In this document: positions 1-9,501 of the stretch, in pieces
Position numbering within the stretch: the first letter of the stretch is position 1
Layout of the letters: every line of letters starts with the position of its first letter
IMG/VR virus record: IMGVR_UViG_2565956520_000001
Direction: 5' to 3' (one strand)
DNA from: a virus
Taxonomy: Duplodnaviria; Caudoviricetes
Length of the DNA stretch: 64,000 nt
Translations under genes and position numbers: made by a program
Notes under the pieces: model-generated
Seen by the model: the letters and a program-made list of their open reading frames with translations, nothing else
What the model was told of the DNA's origin: nothing
Database searches by the model: none

Positions 1-11
1 AGGTTCAAAGG

Positions 12-353
12 TCATGATATTACTATCCCGTCTAAAGTGATTTCCTTTCCTTCCGGCAAGTACTTACCAACTAAATTGATAATGATTTCCCCGGCTGAAT
101 TTAGGCTTTCAACTATAACGCTGGTGAGCTTGTAACGTGGTTCCCATTTCTTAAGAGCTTCAGCAACGGCAGAATAGTATTCAACCAACAAGTCGGAGCT
201 GTACGGCCTATCAACCAGCTTAAATAAGCGACTGCCATAAGTGCGCCGCATGATTCTTGAACCTATTGGAGTAGTAAGAATGTCAGTAATGGACTGGCGA
301 AGGTGTGTAAGCCCCTCAACATGTTTGCCAGTTACAGCGCATACACCTTTCAT
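12..353 (-). CDS. Baseplate wedge protein, GPW/gp25 family
   Basis: HLRQSITDILTTPIGSRIMRRTYGS and WEPR motifs typical of P2 gpW/T4 gp25. Confidence 0.92.
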   Translation of the reverse strand: MKGVCAVTGKHVEGLTHLRQSITDILTTPIGSRIMRRTYGSRLFKLVDRPYSSDLLVEYYSAVAEALKKWEPRYKLTSVIVESLNSAGEIIINLVGKYLPEGKEITLDGIVIS

Positions 354-1189
354 GATGCACCTCCAGTGGGTTCATCAGTGACGGTGCCGTTTTCACCGTG
401 AACATGATGTTGTAGGGAAACACCCTCGGAAATGGTATCGCCGTCATGCTGAATAAAATCACCTTCGCGGTGGATAATTTCACCGTAAAGTTCTGCCCCG
501 CCACCGTGGGTGCTGTTGCCGTGGGTGATAGGACCATCAAAAACAAGTTGCGGAGCGGAAAGGGTTACACGGGTTGCGCTGTTGATTACAATTTCACCAA
601 CAACATCAAGTATTACCTTACCGCCGACGGCACGGTTAACATCCCCGCCAATATCATCTGAAACATTGCCGCCGATAATATCAGTGCGGTTGCCGCCAAT
701 ATCATTAAAAACATCACGCCCGACCTGCTTAAACTCATCACGATCAATGGTCATGGAAACATCCCTGTGAACCTGAACAGTCATATCCTTATCAATTTCG
801 CGATTCTCAAAACCGGGAATGTAAGCGTGTAAAATATGATTCAAGCGGTCATACTCGATAATCGCGCCATCTTCATAAGTAGTACGATGAATAGTAGGTC
901 GATCCGCCGGGGCCGGATGATTAGTGGAAAAGAGAGAACCCAAAACAGCACCGCCGGAAATCTCACCGGACGGAGCCAAAACAATCACCTGTTCGCCGAC
1001 TTCCGGTGCCCACCAAGTGTGGTCGCCACCAGCGCGAAATGTAACCCACGGAAGCCAATCAGAAACAGCTTCACCAAAGGACACACGAACACGTGCCTTG
1101 CTGTAATCAGCTTCGGCAACGGTTCCTATGCGGATCATGTTTGATAAGCGGCGGTCAATTTCTGACTTATGGAAGTTCGAATTCTGCAA
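350..1189 (-). CDS. Baseplate assembly protein V (central spike)
   Basis: IRIGTV..ARVRV..SDWLPW..WWAPEVGEQV OB-fold and C-terminal HHVH metal site; TTG start at 1189 chosen from upstream GGAGG. Confidence 0.92.
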   Translation of the reverse strand: MQNSNFHKSEIDRRLSNMIRIGTVAEADYSKARVRVSFGEAVSDWLPWVTFRAGGDHTWWAPEVGEQVIVLAPSGEISGGAVLGSLFSTNHPAPADRPTIHRTTYEDGAIIEYDRLNHILHAYIPGFENREIDKDMTVQVHRDVSMTIDRDEFKQVGRDVFNDIGGNRTDIIGGNVSDDIGGDVNRAVGGKVILDVVGEIVINSATRVTLSAPQLVFDGPITHGNSTHGGGAELYGEIIHREGDFIQHDGDTISEGVSLQHHVHGENGTVTDEPTGGAS

Positions 1190-1748
1190 TGACCTGCCCT
1201 CCGCTTTCCTGTGTTGGAATTTCACCATCTGTAACCACTTGATATTCCGGCTCATGGTCCGCGCCAATCAATGGCGAATAGCCAAGAAAAACCGTTTGCG
1301 GTGTATTGCCTTCACCAGTCCAAATAGATTCGCCAAGCAAGCCACTGAACTCAAATTCAACCCGCCACTCTTCATATCCATCCTTTGAAGGCTTGAAGTC
1401 TTCAGGATAACCACCAATAAACTTTGTCGCTGAAACCGGAAGCCCAAAGCGGTTCCCGTCGATAAACTTAGCAAGAGAACAAACTAGGGCGGCAACTTCA
1501 CGGGCCGCATCCTTCACTTTGAAATGGATAAGCGGATAGACAACCCAACGCATGTTTATTTCAAGCTGGCCTGTACCGGGATCTTTTTCGCCCGGCTCAA
1601 CATGGGCAAGCTCAAGAGCAAGGGCCGGAGCAACCACCGTTCCGCTTTCACGGCGATAGTCACCCACGGAACAAGCGGGAAAAGCTTCTTTAAGCTTTTG
1701 AACAATCGCTTCATGCGCTTCGGATATGTCTATTTGCTCGATTCCCAT
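1167..1748 (-). CDS. Putative tail completion/terminator protein
   Basis: Position between Z-like and gpV genes; WRVEFE motif; family not firmly recognised. Confidence 0.6.
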   Translation of the reverse strand: MGIEQIDISEAHEAIVQKLKEAFPACSVGDYRRESGTVVAPALALELAHVEPGEKDPGTGQLEINMRWVVYPLIHFKVKDAAREVAALVCSLAKFIDGNRFGLPVSATKFIGGYPEDFKPSKDGYEEWRVEFEFSGLLGESIWTGEGNTPQTVFLGYSPLIGADHEPEYQVVTDGEIPTQESGGQVIAEFELP

Positions 1749-2260
1749 TTCATTTCCCTTTCAAAAAATATGTAAAATTTGCGTTCAAAAGCTTTGAGGA
1801 TATCGGCCTCAATTACATGTTTAATGGCCTGATCAATTTTCGCTGTTTGTATGGCGATGGGTAGCCGGTTATCTGTTCCCTTCTCTAATGTAACTCGCCT
1901 ATAAACCTCAGTTTTACCGCCACGCTGTTGAATGAAACCGTGTTTACGTTCAATCTTTCCAGCCTGAACACCTGTCCGATTCTGGTTAGGGTTCATTTCC
2001 CGCAAAGGAACTCCATACAATCCAAACCAAAGCCGAGAGGTATTGCGACCACCACCAAAAGATACAAATAAACGCTTTTTAAGAACGGCCTGCTTAATTC
2101 CAGTTACCTTGCTGGTTTCACGCAGAGCTACAGTTTTTAAATGCCGGGCAAGCTTTGAAATGGCTCTTTTGCAAGCAACATCAATTTGCTTTTCAGTTGC
2201 GGCAAAATCAGCGGCGATCAGCTCAAGTTTATCGCCATCTATCTTCAGAGCTGTAGCCAT
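1730..2260 (-). CDS. Lambda gpZ-like minor tail/neck protein
   Basis: Basic protein, RAISKLAR..LKKRL pattern; position in neck module. Confidence 0.65.
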   Translation of the reverse strand: MATALKIDGDKLELIAADFAATEKQIDVACKRAISKLARHLKTVALRETSKVTGIKQAVLKKRLFVSFGGGRNTSRLWFGLYGVPLREMNPNQNRTGVQAGKIERKHGFIQQRGGKTEVYRRVTLEKGTDNRLPIAIQTAKIDQAIKHVIEADILKAFERKFYIFFEREMKWESSK

Positions 2261-2571
2261 TACTGAGCCAAAGTAAGTTCAATTTTTCCAAGTCCGGAGC
2301 CATCAGGGCGAAAAGCATACACATCGTAAGTTTTGCTTTCCAAAACCACCTGGGAACCTTGTTCAAGACCAGACGCGTCAATTTCCTTACATGTCAAAAC
2401 AGGGCTGTCAGGATTAAAAACCATTGCCCTGCCTAGCATTGCTTCATCCATGTCAGCATCTTTGTAGGCTTTAAATGTTCGATTCTCGGCAATGACAAGA
2501 ATTTCATGTGCATCCAGCCCATCAAAGAATATATCTAGGTCGTCTTCCATATCAGCTAGAAAATCGTTCAT
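2260..2571 (-). CDS. Head-tail joining protein (FII-like)
   Basis: Small acidic protein ending PDGSGLGKIEL; head/neck position. Confidence 0.65.
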   Translation of the reverse strand: MNDFLADMEDDLDIFFDGLDAHEILVIAENRTFKAYKDADMDEAMLGRAMVFNPDSPVLTCKEIDASGLEQGSQVVLESKTYDVYAFRPDGSGLGKIELTLAQ

Positions 2572-2846
2572 TGTTCCGCCTGCGTCTCGTAACATCTGAT
2601 GGTTGCATTTTGATCTTTGATCAACTTGTCCTGATTGATGACATTGTCGGTCAGAATCTTAACATTATAGGGTGAACCGAGGTGTTGTTCGGAATCCAGA
2701 CGACTGAATTCATAGACTCCTGGGCCGGGGCATTTCTCAAGCTTTGCTACAACCTCGATAACTTCAACCTGAGGTTCAGGAATCTCGAGCTTACTGCTGC
2801 AGGAACACAGAATTAAGCAGGCCAACAGCAGAGTTGCTTGTCGCAT
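2568..2846 (-). CDS. o-spanin (Rz1-like lipoprotein)
   Basis: Signal peptide with lipobox-like LILCSC, Pro-rich segment, overlaps end of i-spanin. Confidence 0.75.
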   Translation of the reverse strand: MRQATLLLACLILCSCSSKLEIPEPQVEVIEVVAKLEKCPGPGVYEFSRLDSEQHLGSPYNVKILTDNVINQDKLIKDQNATIRCYETQAEQ

Positions 2847-3234
2847 CGTCGATTACTCCGGTTGTTTGTTCAGGCTTAACCGCCACGGCCTTCCGGCTGA
2901 TCTCCTGACTAGTGGCCAAGCGAACAACATACTCACGATTATTCGTCCGCTCATCTTCCAACAAATTATTAAGTCCGGCGTTTACCCTATGCAGTCGATT
3001 CTCATCCGCTTCAGCAAGATTAGCCCTTGTCTCAGCGTTTGCACGTAGCCCCTGCTCCGTTACAATCGTAGCGTTCAGAGCTACCTTTTCGCCTTTCAGA
3101 GTGGTGATGTCGGCTTTCAAAAACGCAATTCTCACGAGCATGCCGACCAGAAGTAATGCCACCACGACTACGCCGCCAATGCAGGCAATAAGTTTTCCTT
3201 TGCCACCAAAAAGACCGAGAAGGATGGAGATCAT
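2791..3234 (-). CDS. i-spanin (Rz-like)
   Basis: N-terminal TM plus coiled coil; ATG overlaps endolysin TGA (ATGA). Confidence 0.78.
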   Translation of the reverse strand: MISILLGLFGGKGKLIACIGGVVVVALLLVGMLVRIAFLKADITTLKGEKVALNATIVTEQGLRANAETRANLAEADENRLHRVNAGLNNLLEDERTNNREYVVRLATSQEISRKAVAVKPEQTTGVIDDATSNSAVGLLNSVFLQQ

Positions 3235-3671
3235 GACATCAAGTTCCAAAGTCGATCTCTGATTTCAGCCACTTCCTGATTCGGACAGGTCTTGTGATCA
3301 TCTAGTTCGTTGTGACCGTAAACAGCGTCCGCATCGAGTCCGTAGTGCTGGAGTATTTCAAGCAGAACTTGCGTCAAAGTTTCCATCTGATTTTCGGTAA
3401 AAGTCTCTTTACCAATCAGGCAAACACCAATGGACCTACTGTTAAATCCTTTGCAGTGCGCACCCTTGACTTCAATATCGCGCCCAAGTTCAACAATACC
3501 ATCAAGCGAAGGATCATACTCTCCGCGGCTTGTGGGGTGGCCGTTCAGAATTACCATGTGGTATCCGATCCCGCTCCACCCCCTTTCCAGATGCCACTCG
3601 TTGATTACTGCCGCGTTGCCCCAAGCCGAGTCCGAGCAATGAACCACCACCATATCTACCTGACGTCCCAT
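3231..3671 (-). CDS. Endolysin, N-acetylmuramoyl-L-alanine amidase (T7 lysozyme-like)
   Basis: VVHCSDS, GIGYH, GAHCKGFNSRSIGVC, GHNELD..KTCP zinc-amidase motifs; AGGAG RBS before ATG 3671. Confidence 0.93.
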   Translation of the reverse strand: MGRQVDMVVVHCSDSAWGNAAVINEWHLERGWSGIGYHMVILNGHPTSRGEYDPSLDGIVELGRDIEVKGAHCKGFNSRSIGVCLIGKETFTENQMETLTQVLLEILQHYGLDADAVYGHNELDDHKTCPNQEVAEIRDRLWNLMS

Positions 3672-4113
3672 AACGACTCCTGTCTTGAATCGGATCAAAT
3701 TCATCCCTGAAGGACTTAATCCTGTCTGTAAGTTTACGCGGAATCACATGCACATCCATTTCAGCTAGATGCACAGCCACGCTTAAAAATTCATTAGAAG
3801 CCAAATACATAACCAAGAATTCGCGAACATATGCACAAACCGAGGGCAGAGATTCATCAAGTGTGACATCAAGCATATTTGCCATGATGATTGCCACGGC
3901 ATAGACCACAAATTTGCTTACGCCATGCCTGAATTTCGCACTGCTATATGAACCGTTCTTCAATGCTCTTCCGAGTCCAAGAGCGAAATCAGACAGATAG
4001 AGAACAATCAAAGCAAGCAAGGCTTTATCGAATCCACCTAAAAGCCATGAGGCCGCAGAACATCCGACTGCAAGGCAAGCTTTGATTGTAATATTGTCGA
4101 AAAGTTGGTTCAT
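3514..4113 (-). CDS. Holin (phage holin 4-1/TcdE-like) with C-terminal extension into the endolysin gene
   Basis: Three hydrophobic segments, SDFALG..SSAKFRHG..K..NEFLSV motif. Confidence 0.8.
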   Translation of the reverse strand: MNQLFDNITIKACLAVGCSAASWLLGGFDKALLALIVLYLSDFALGLGRALKNGSYSSAKFRHGVSKFVVYAVAIIMANMLDVTLDESLPSVCAYVREFLVMYLASNEFLSVAVHLAEMDVHVIPRKLTDRIKSFRDEFDPIQDRSRYGTSGRYGGGSLLGLGLGQRGSNQRVASGKGVERDRIPHGNSERPPHKPRRV

Positions 4114-4175
4114 ATCTGTCTCTAATATTTCTTTCAGGTTCGGCCCCGATAAGACGGAACCGAACCTAAATAGTA

Positions 4176-4502
4176 TTAAGCGTTAAGCTTCACCCGAACA
4201 GTTTCATCAGCATCAGCCGCAGAAGCGAAAGCGATTCCCGCTCTTACGTTATCAGGAGCCAAAACAGTGATAGCTCCATCCCCATCAAGGTAAACAACGG
4301 TCCCTTGCAAGATTTCCCCGGCGATCTTTGGAAACTCCCAAACCTCTTCCGTTGCAAGTTCACCAATTGCGCCATCTGGAATATCTACAAGAGCGACACC
4401 CACCAAAACCCCGACAGGAACCGGAGAACCAGACAGAACATCCGCTCCGGTGCTGTTTGTCCATGTCATGGTTTTGCCAATCTGAACGTGATTACCAGCC
4501 AT
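4176..4502 (-). CDS. DUF2190-type capsid cement/decoration protein
   Basis: N.VQ.G.T, GVALVDIPDG..G...EVWE.PK, V.VKLN pattern; follows capsid gene. Confidence 0.85.
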   Translation of the reverse strand: MAGNHVQIGKTMTWTNSTGADVLSGSPVPVGVLVGVALVDIPDGAIGELATEEVWEFPKIAGEILQGTVVYLDGDGAITVLAPDNVRAGIAFASAADADETVRVKLNA

Positions 4503-4513
4503 GTTAATTCTCC

Positions 4514-6601
4514 TTATTTACCGGGGTTCTTCTGGAATCCGCGATGATCCATAAGCCCTGCACCAGCTTCGAGACGAACCTTTATTTTAAGGCCGTCTGA
4601 ATCAAAATCAGGCTCTTCATCAACAAATGGGGATTCAATACCGTCAAGGAATGCCACTTCAATAGTATCCACCTGTGCAGGATCACCGATCAGATAATGT
4701 GCATCGACATCAAAATCATCAAGACGAGGTTCGGAAATAGGTTGGAGCTTTCCGGCCCAAGGATTGTGAACACCGGAAGACATATTTGCATCTGGCAGAG
4801 CCGCAGAACGGATAAGAACTTCTGCTTCGGTTTCCTGTGCGACTGGAGTCAGTAGAAAGCGTGGACGCAAATCAAGACGCGCCCCATTCGGACCTTTCTG
4901 CATACGCATAGACTTACGACCAGCATTCAAAGTGGCAGCAGAAACACGCCCCTTAACAGTGGCTTCAAGGTTGTTATGCTTTGCATGGAATAGGTTGTAA
5001 TTGTCGCTCATTTTAGGATTGGAAAGCAGCAAACCATAAACAATATCCGCAACTTTGCGGGCCGAAGCATTACCGAACAGTTGCGGAATACGGGTGAAGA
5101 CTCGTAGATCATCATTAACCAGCATTTCACGGGTAAGGCGCACGTTTTTGCCATAACGGGCAATGCGGTAGCTTTCCATGGAATCCTTGAATGATCCTGT
5201 CTTGTATTCACCGTGTTCGTTGATAAGTTCCAGATCAGGAGCTTCGGACAGACTCACACCGTGGATTTCTTTAAAATCATTGGCGGGGATGATGTTCACC
5301 CAAGGCCGCCAAGTTGCCGGAGCTTCTGCATAAGCTTTAAGCAACACTTTGTTAGTTATTGCCGCAAAGATTGACGGAAAATCACTTGTGGATGCTCCGA
5401 ATTGCTGAGGCCTAAGAACCTGCGATGCAAGTTTTGACTGGGACATTCCACGGGTTGAAACACCGCTTCTTTCCAGAATATCCCTTGCAAGATCGGTAAG
5501 ACGCATCACTCTGAAATCTTCATAGCCCGGTGCGGGTTTTTCTTCGGTTATTCCAGCGCGGAAAAGCATTCCAGATACAGCGGCATCATGAAGCTTTTCA
5601 CCCTCAGTACGTCCGGCAAAAATATGACCGGAAGGTGCAAGTGGCTGGTGCTGGGAACTTAGTTCCGACAGGATCAGCTTATTCAAATCACTTGCCCCTT
5701 TTCCGCCATCAACCAGCTTTTTGCGGAAATCAGCAGATAGCCCGAACATGGTAACCTGATCATCAATAAAATTAATGCGCTGGCGTTCAGCTAGGGCAAC
5801 TTCCTGTTCGTTAACTAACGGTGGTTGAGGCGTAGCACTTTGATTCGCAGGTGCTTGCGGGGTTTGAGCTTGTGCGGGATCTACTTTCGGAGCACCATCC
5901 GCGCTCAACCATGCAGGTGCATCTTCAAGGTTATTCAGGGCTTCGTAATCTAGTCCCATTTCTTTTAATAAGGTGCGGGCAGAGTCCTCAGTGACATTTT
6001 CAAGGCCATTAGCCCGCAGGAAAAGTTTCAACCATTTCTTCATGACCGATTCCTCCGGTTTAGGTTTTGGCCGTTCATTCATCGCCACGGCCTCGGTATC
6101 TCCATCCGCGCCAAGAACGCAGAAGGATGTTTCACGCACAAACGACTTGCGCCACACATATAAAGGTCCAACAAGCTCTTCACCGTTAACGGTAACGGTT
6201 GCACCTACTTTTACTTCTTCAACAGCTTCAGGCCACACCCCTATGGATGCTTGCCACGGAAATTTCTGGTCAGAGAGTTTAATGACTTCCTTCGCATCGT
6301 CCGTATCCAGAAAGAACCCTTCCAGCACCAAGCCGGATTCTTCCAGCTTGATAGAATCAGCAATGCCGATCTTCTTTTTAGGGTCATGTTCCTCAAGAAT
6401 AGGAATGCGCTTTTCTGTACGGATGCCGGAAAGCTCAATGACAAAACGCATGAAACAACGCTGAACAATTGATCCGGTGTAACCGACAATATGAAAGCGG
6501 CGCGGCTTGCCTTCTTCCTGTTCTGATAGATTCAGCCCCGCAGTTAGTTGCAGTGGTGCATTCTCACTTTCTGCAAGGTTCAATGGGAAAATTTTATTCA
6601 C
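4514..6601 (-). CDS. Prohead protease-scaffold-major capsid fusion (Mu gpT-like capsid domain)
   Basis: N-terminal protease (PILEEHD, FPWQASIG), Q/P linker, capsid motifs STSDFP, TREMLVNDDL, DTIEVAFLDG. Confidence 0.88.
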   Translation of the reverse strand: MNKIFPLNLAESENAPLQLTAGLNLSEQEEGKPRRFHIVGYTGSIVQRCFMRFVIELSGIRTEKRIPILEEHDPKKKIGIADSIKLEESGLVLEGFFLDTDDAKEVIKLSDQKFPWQASIGVWPEAVEEVKVGATVTVNGEELVGPLYVWRKSFVRETSFCVLGADGDTEAVAMNERPKPKPEESVMKKWLKLFLRANGLENVTEDSARTLLKEMGLDYEALNNLEDAPAWLSADGAPKVDPAQAQTPQAPANQSATPQPPLVNEQEVALAERQRINFIDDQVTMFGLSADFRKKLVDGGKGASDLNKLILSELSSQHQPLAPSGHIFAGRTEGEKLHDAAVSGMLFRAGITEEKPAPGYEDFRVMRLTDLARDILERSGVSTRGMSQSKLASQVLRPQQFGASTSDFPSIFAAITNKVLLKAYAEAPATWRPWVNIIPANDFKEIHGVSLSEAPDLELINEHGEYKTGSFKDSMESYRIARYGKNVRLTREMLVNDDLRVFTRIPQLFGNASARKVADIVYGLLLSNPKMSDNYNLFHAKHNNLEATVKGRVSAATLNAGRKSMRMQKGPNGARLDLRPRFLLTPVAQETEAEVLIRSAALPDANMSSGVHNPWAGKLQPISEPRLDDFDVDAHYLIGDPAQVDTIEVAFLDGIESPFVDEEPDFDSDGLKIKVRLEAGAGLMDHRGFQKNPGK

Positions 6602-8057
6602 TTTTATTCTCCGTCATTTGCCATTTCTTGATGTCTTCATTTTCGCGCGCCAACTCTTCAACAACTTCATCGTAATCTTCGCCCCGCTCCGCGCATATTT
6701 TGCGACGGGTAGTACAGCCCATGCGGAGCATGAGGTCTGCGGACTTGGCATCTTTCATAGGATCAACCCAAGGCCAGCCGGGGAACTGACAACTTGCCGG
6801 AACAACCGGACCAGTCATCAAAGGTTCAAGCCCGCCCAGCCAGAGCATCCGGCAGAACATTTTCCAAGTAGGCATAACGCCCTTACGACCTAGAAGATTT
6901 TGTTGAACGCGATAGCCGCGCCGTTCTTCCAGAGTGGCGGAACGAGCGGACGCAAAGGAGGCATCTGAATAATCGTTTGAAAAAGCTTCGTAAGACATTC
7001 CGAAACCAGTAGAACTACCGCGCAAGCTTGTTTTCACATACGGCTCATAAGTCGGGCCGGGGTGCGTAAACTGGGCTTCATGAACCTTGGTTCCTTGCGG
7101 CAAGGTCACAATCTGCCCCGGTTCAACATAGTCGGGAATGTACCCTTCCACGCCTTCGGCCTGATCACCCATTTCGCCGCCAAGCGGATTAACCATTTCT
7201 GCATAAGGTGTTTCAACGAAGAAACCGAAAGCCGCCATCAGCCGTGCAACAATACGGTGCGAGTCCTGAAATTCGCTGAAATCGCGCATTTCCATAACAA
7301 CCGGAGCCATCCACGAAATGCCACGGTTCTGGCTGGAGCGAATAGGCCGAAAAATATGACGCACCCACTGAGCCGAAACTCGAACAGATTCGCGGCTCAT
7401 CAAGCGGCGCATATCGCCGGGGTGTTCGCTGAATAAATGATAAGCGACAGGATGCCCTTTACGGTTGAACTCAACGCCTCGCATGGCATAACCGCCACCC
7501 TCTAAAGGACCATCAACCGAGCTGTCCAAGTGATCGCATTCCAGAAGTTCAACGCCCAAAGGTGCAATACCAAGATCAAGTAAATCAGGATCAGGATAGA
7601 AACGGAGAAGGCATTCTCCGTCCTGCCAAAGGTGGTTCATAATCAAACGCTGAATATCTTCAAAACCAACTTCGTCCGATTCCGCCCAGTCTTTCCAGTG
7701 CTGTTCGATTTTACGGTTAAAGGTGTGGTCAAGATCACCATCAGCATTGAGCTGTGCGGCCTGCGGTTTGATTCCAGTATAGATAACGTTGTTTGCTATG
7801 CGTTCCAGCGCACCGGAAACATGGGTAGAATTGCGAACCAGATCACGCGCACGGGCCACAATCAAAGCATGTTCGTGTCTAGAAAGGTTATCGGCACTGC
7901 GGTTGGTTGGTCGCCAATTAGAATTGGGACCACGACGGGAAGCCGCAGAGTAAGCAGAAAGATTCGCACGGCTACGACACCAGCTTGCAGCAGCATCCGG
8001 CGAGACTGCACCGACACACTGAGCAACAAAGGAAGTCCAGCCATTATAGACGTTCAT
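6594..8057 (-). CDS. Portal protein, lambda family
   Basis: ARARDLVRN, DGECL, RGISWMAP, FASARSA, WVDPMKD motifs. Confidence 0.93.
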   Translation of the reverse strand: MNVYNGWTSFVAQCVGAVSPDAAASWCRSRANLSAYSAASRRGPNSNWRPTNRSADNLSRHEHALIVARARDLVRNSTHVSGALERIANNVIYTGIKPQAAQLNADGDLDHTFNRKIEQHWKDWAESDEVGFEDIQRLIMNHLWQDGECLLRFYPDPDLLDLGIAPLGVELLECDHLDSSVDGPLEGGGYAMRGVEFNRKGHPVAYHLFSEHPGDMRRLMSRESVRVSAQWVRHIFRPIRSSQNRGISWMAPVVMEMRDFSEFQDSHRIVARLMAAFGFFVETPYAEMVNPLGGEMGDQAEGVEGYIPDYVEPGQIVTLPQGTKVHEAQFTHPGPTYEPYVKTSLRGSSTGFGMSYEAFSNDYSDASFASARSATLEERRGYRVQQNLLGRKGVMPTWKMFCRMLWLGGLEPLMTGPVVPASCQFPGWPWVDPMKDAKSADLMLRMGCTTRRKICAERGEDYDEVVEELARENEDIKKWQMTENKSE

Positions 8058-8296
8058 TTACGCCCCCGAAACGAAGCACGGGCAATGAACCCCTTGCCGC
8101 CGTTACCAGCAAAGGCAAGGCGCATTTCCACTTTGTCACGCTCAGAATAAAGCGACTGCAAAGAACCACGGGTGAGAGTCCGACCATTCAAGGTATAGGA
8201 CTGTGCGCCGCTTTCGATTGCTTCGATTGCCTTATTTAGAGAGTCCAGCCGTTTCTGGAGCATTAAAAAACCTCGATTATTATGGTTGTCCTTCAA
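8054..8296 (-). CDS. gpW-like head completion protein
   Basis: AQSYTLNGRTLTRG.L..L pattern directly upstream of portal; start may be 8263. Confidence 0.78.
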   Translation of the reverse strand: MKDNHNNRGFLMLQKRLDSLNKAIEAIESGAQSYTLNGRTLTRGSLQSLYSERDKVEMRLAFAGNGGKGFIARASFRGRK

Positions 8297-8361
8297 GTTG
8301 GGACAATCATAACAATCGAGGTGGTTATTTTGGAATAGGGTTGTTTACTGGGGAGTAAAAT

Positions 8362-9189
8362 TTACTGAGAAGAATTTGTAAAAACAACTGAAGTTTTATT
8401 ACTAATTGAGTAAGTTTTTAACTTCAACTCATTATGATAAAAAGCAGAAAACCACCATTTAATATCATTAAAATAACCAGTAAATGGTCTGTAATTTGTT
8501 TTTTGAACAATAGATGAAATATCTGAATAAAAAATGAACTCAAGTTTTGAAATATTATTATCATACACAATAACACCTTTCTCAAGAAACCTAATAACAT
8601 AACGCTTTACAACTTTTTCATTCTTAAATTGTATCTCTATCTGCGATCCTAAATATTTCTTAACTTGATCAGCCTCAGTTACACCTGTAAAATACGACAG
8701 AGAAATTAATAAGAGTGAGAACTGAAGCATTATTATATATTTTTTTTTATTACCTATATTCCTTGGTCCAAACATGACAGCAAATGGCACAATTGCTAAT
8801 GCAAATGTAAAAAACATTATCATATTAAATCTTCCACCAAACAAAACATAAAACATTACAGAGATAAGAAAAATTAAAATCATAAATTTAACAATGAACA
8901 TTCCAGCCTTACTCTTATAGACCGAACCAGAATCGCCTTTTTTTTCAATTATTTTTGAAAAACATAACTCGGTAAACAAATATGTGAGGAAAGTCGCACC
9001 GAGGACAGCAATAATACTTAATGAACTCATTATAATATCAGACACATTCACAGGCCATAACGTAATAGACGTTCCCAACTCATTGTAGAAAGCAACTTCA
9101 TGAACTAAAGCAAAAATAAAATATATAGTTAAAGAACTAAAAAGAGCTACAACAAACGTTTTCAAAATAGTGTCAGATTCATTTTCCAT
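8362..9189 (-). CDS. AT-rich multi-pass membrane protein (moron)
   Basis: About five hydrophobic segments plus soluble C-terminus; composition differs from flanks. Confidence 0.7.
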   Translation of the reverse strand: MENESDTILKTFVVALFSSLTIYFIFALVHEVAFYNELGTSITLWPVNVSDIIMSSLSIIAVLGATFLTYLFTELCFSKIIEKKGDSGSVYKSKAGMFIVKFMILIFLISVMFYVLFGGRFNMIMFFTFALAIVPFAVMFGPRNIGNKKKYIIMLQFSLLLISLSYFTGVTEADQVKKYLGSQIEIQFKNEKVVKRYVIRFLEKGVIVYDNNISKLEFIFYSDISSIVQKTNYRPFTGYFNDIKWWFSAFYHNELKLKTYSISNKTSVVFTNSSQ

Positions 9190-9261
9190 ATTACGACTCC
9201 ATAAAAATTGAATAAGATTAGTGCAATTAGCTCACACCCACACGCGGGTTTTCCATTTTAC

Positions 9262-9501
9262 TCACTTCCGCACCAACTCCAAAACCCCAGCAGGCTTACC
9301 CTTCCCCGCCTTCTTCCTCTGCTCCTGCGTCTCATACATACTAAAAGCCTCGGCCCCTTCTGAAATTGTCTTTTTAATCAAACCCAGCATAAAAGCTTCG
9401 CCATAACGGTGATCATCTTCTAGCTTTTCTTGCAAGTACTCAAGCGTACAGGCCGCAGACATCATATCCGAAACATGGTGACATAAATCATCTTTAAGCA
9501 T
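9262..9501 (-). CDS. Small hypothetical protein coupled to Rha gene
   Basis: Start overlaps Rha stop; GGAGG RBS. Confidence 0.55.
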   Translation of the reverse strand: MLKDDLCHHVSDMMSAACTLEYLQEKLEDDHRYGEAFMLGLIKKTISEGAEAFSMYETQEQRKKAGKGKPAGVLELVRK

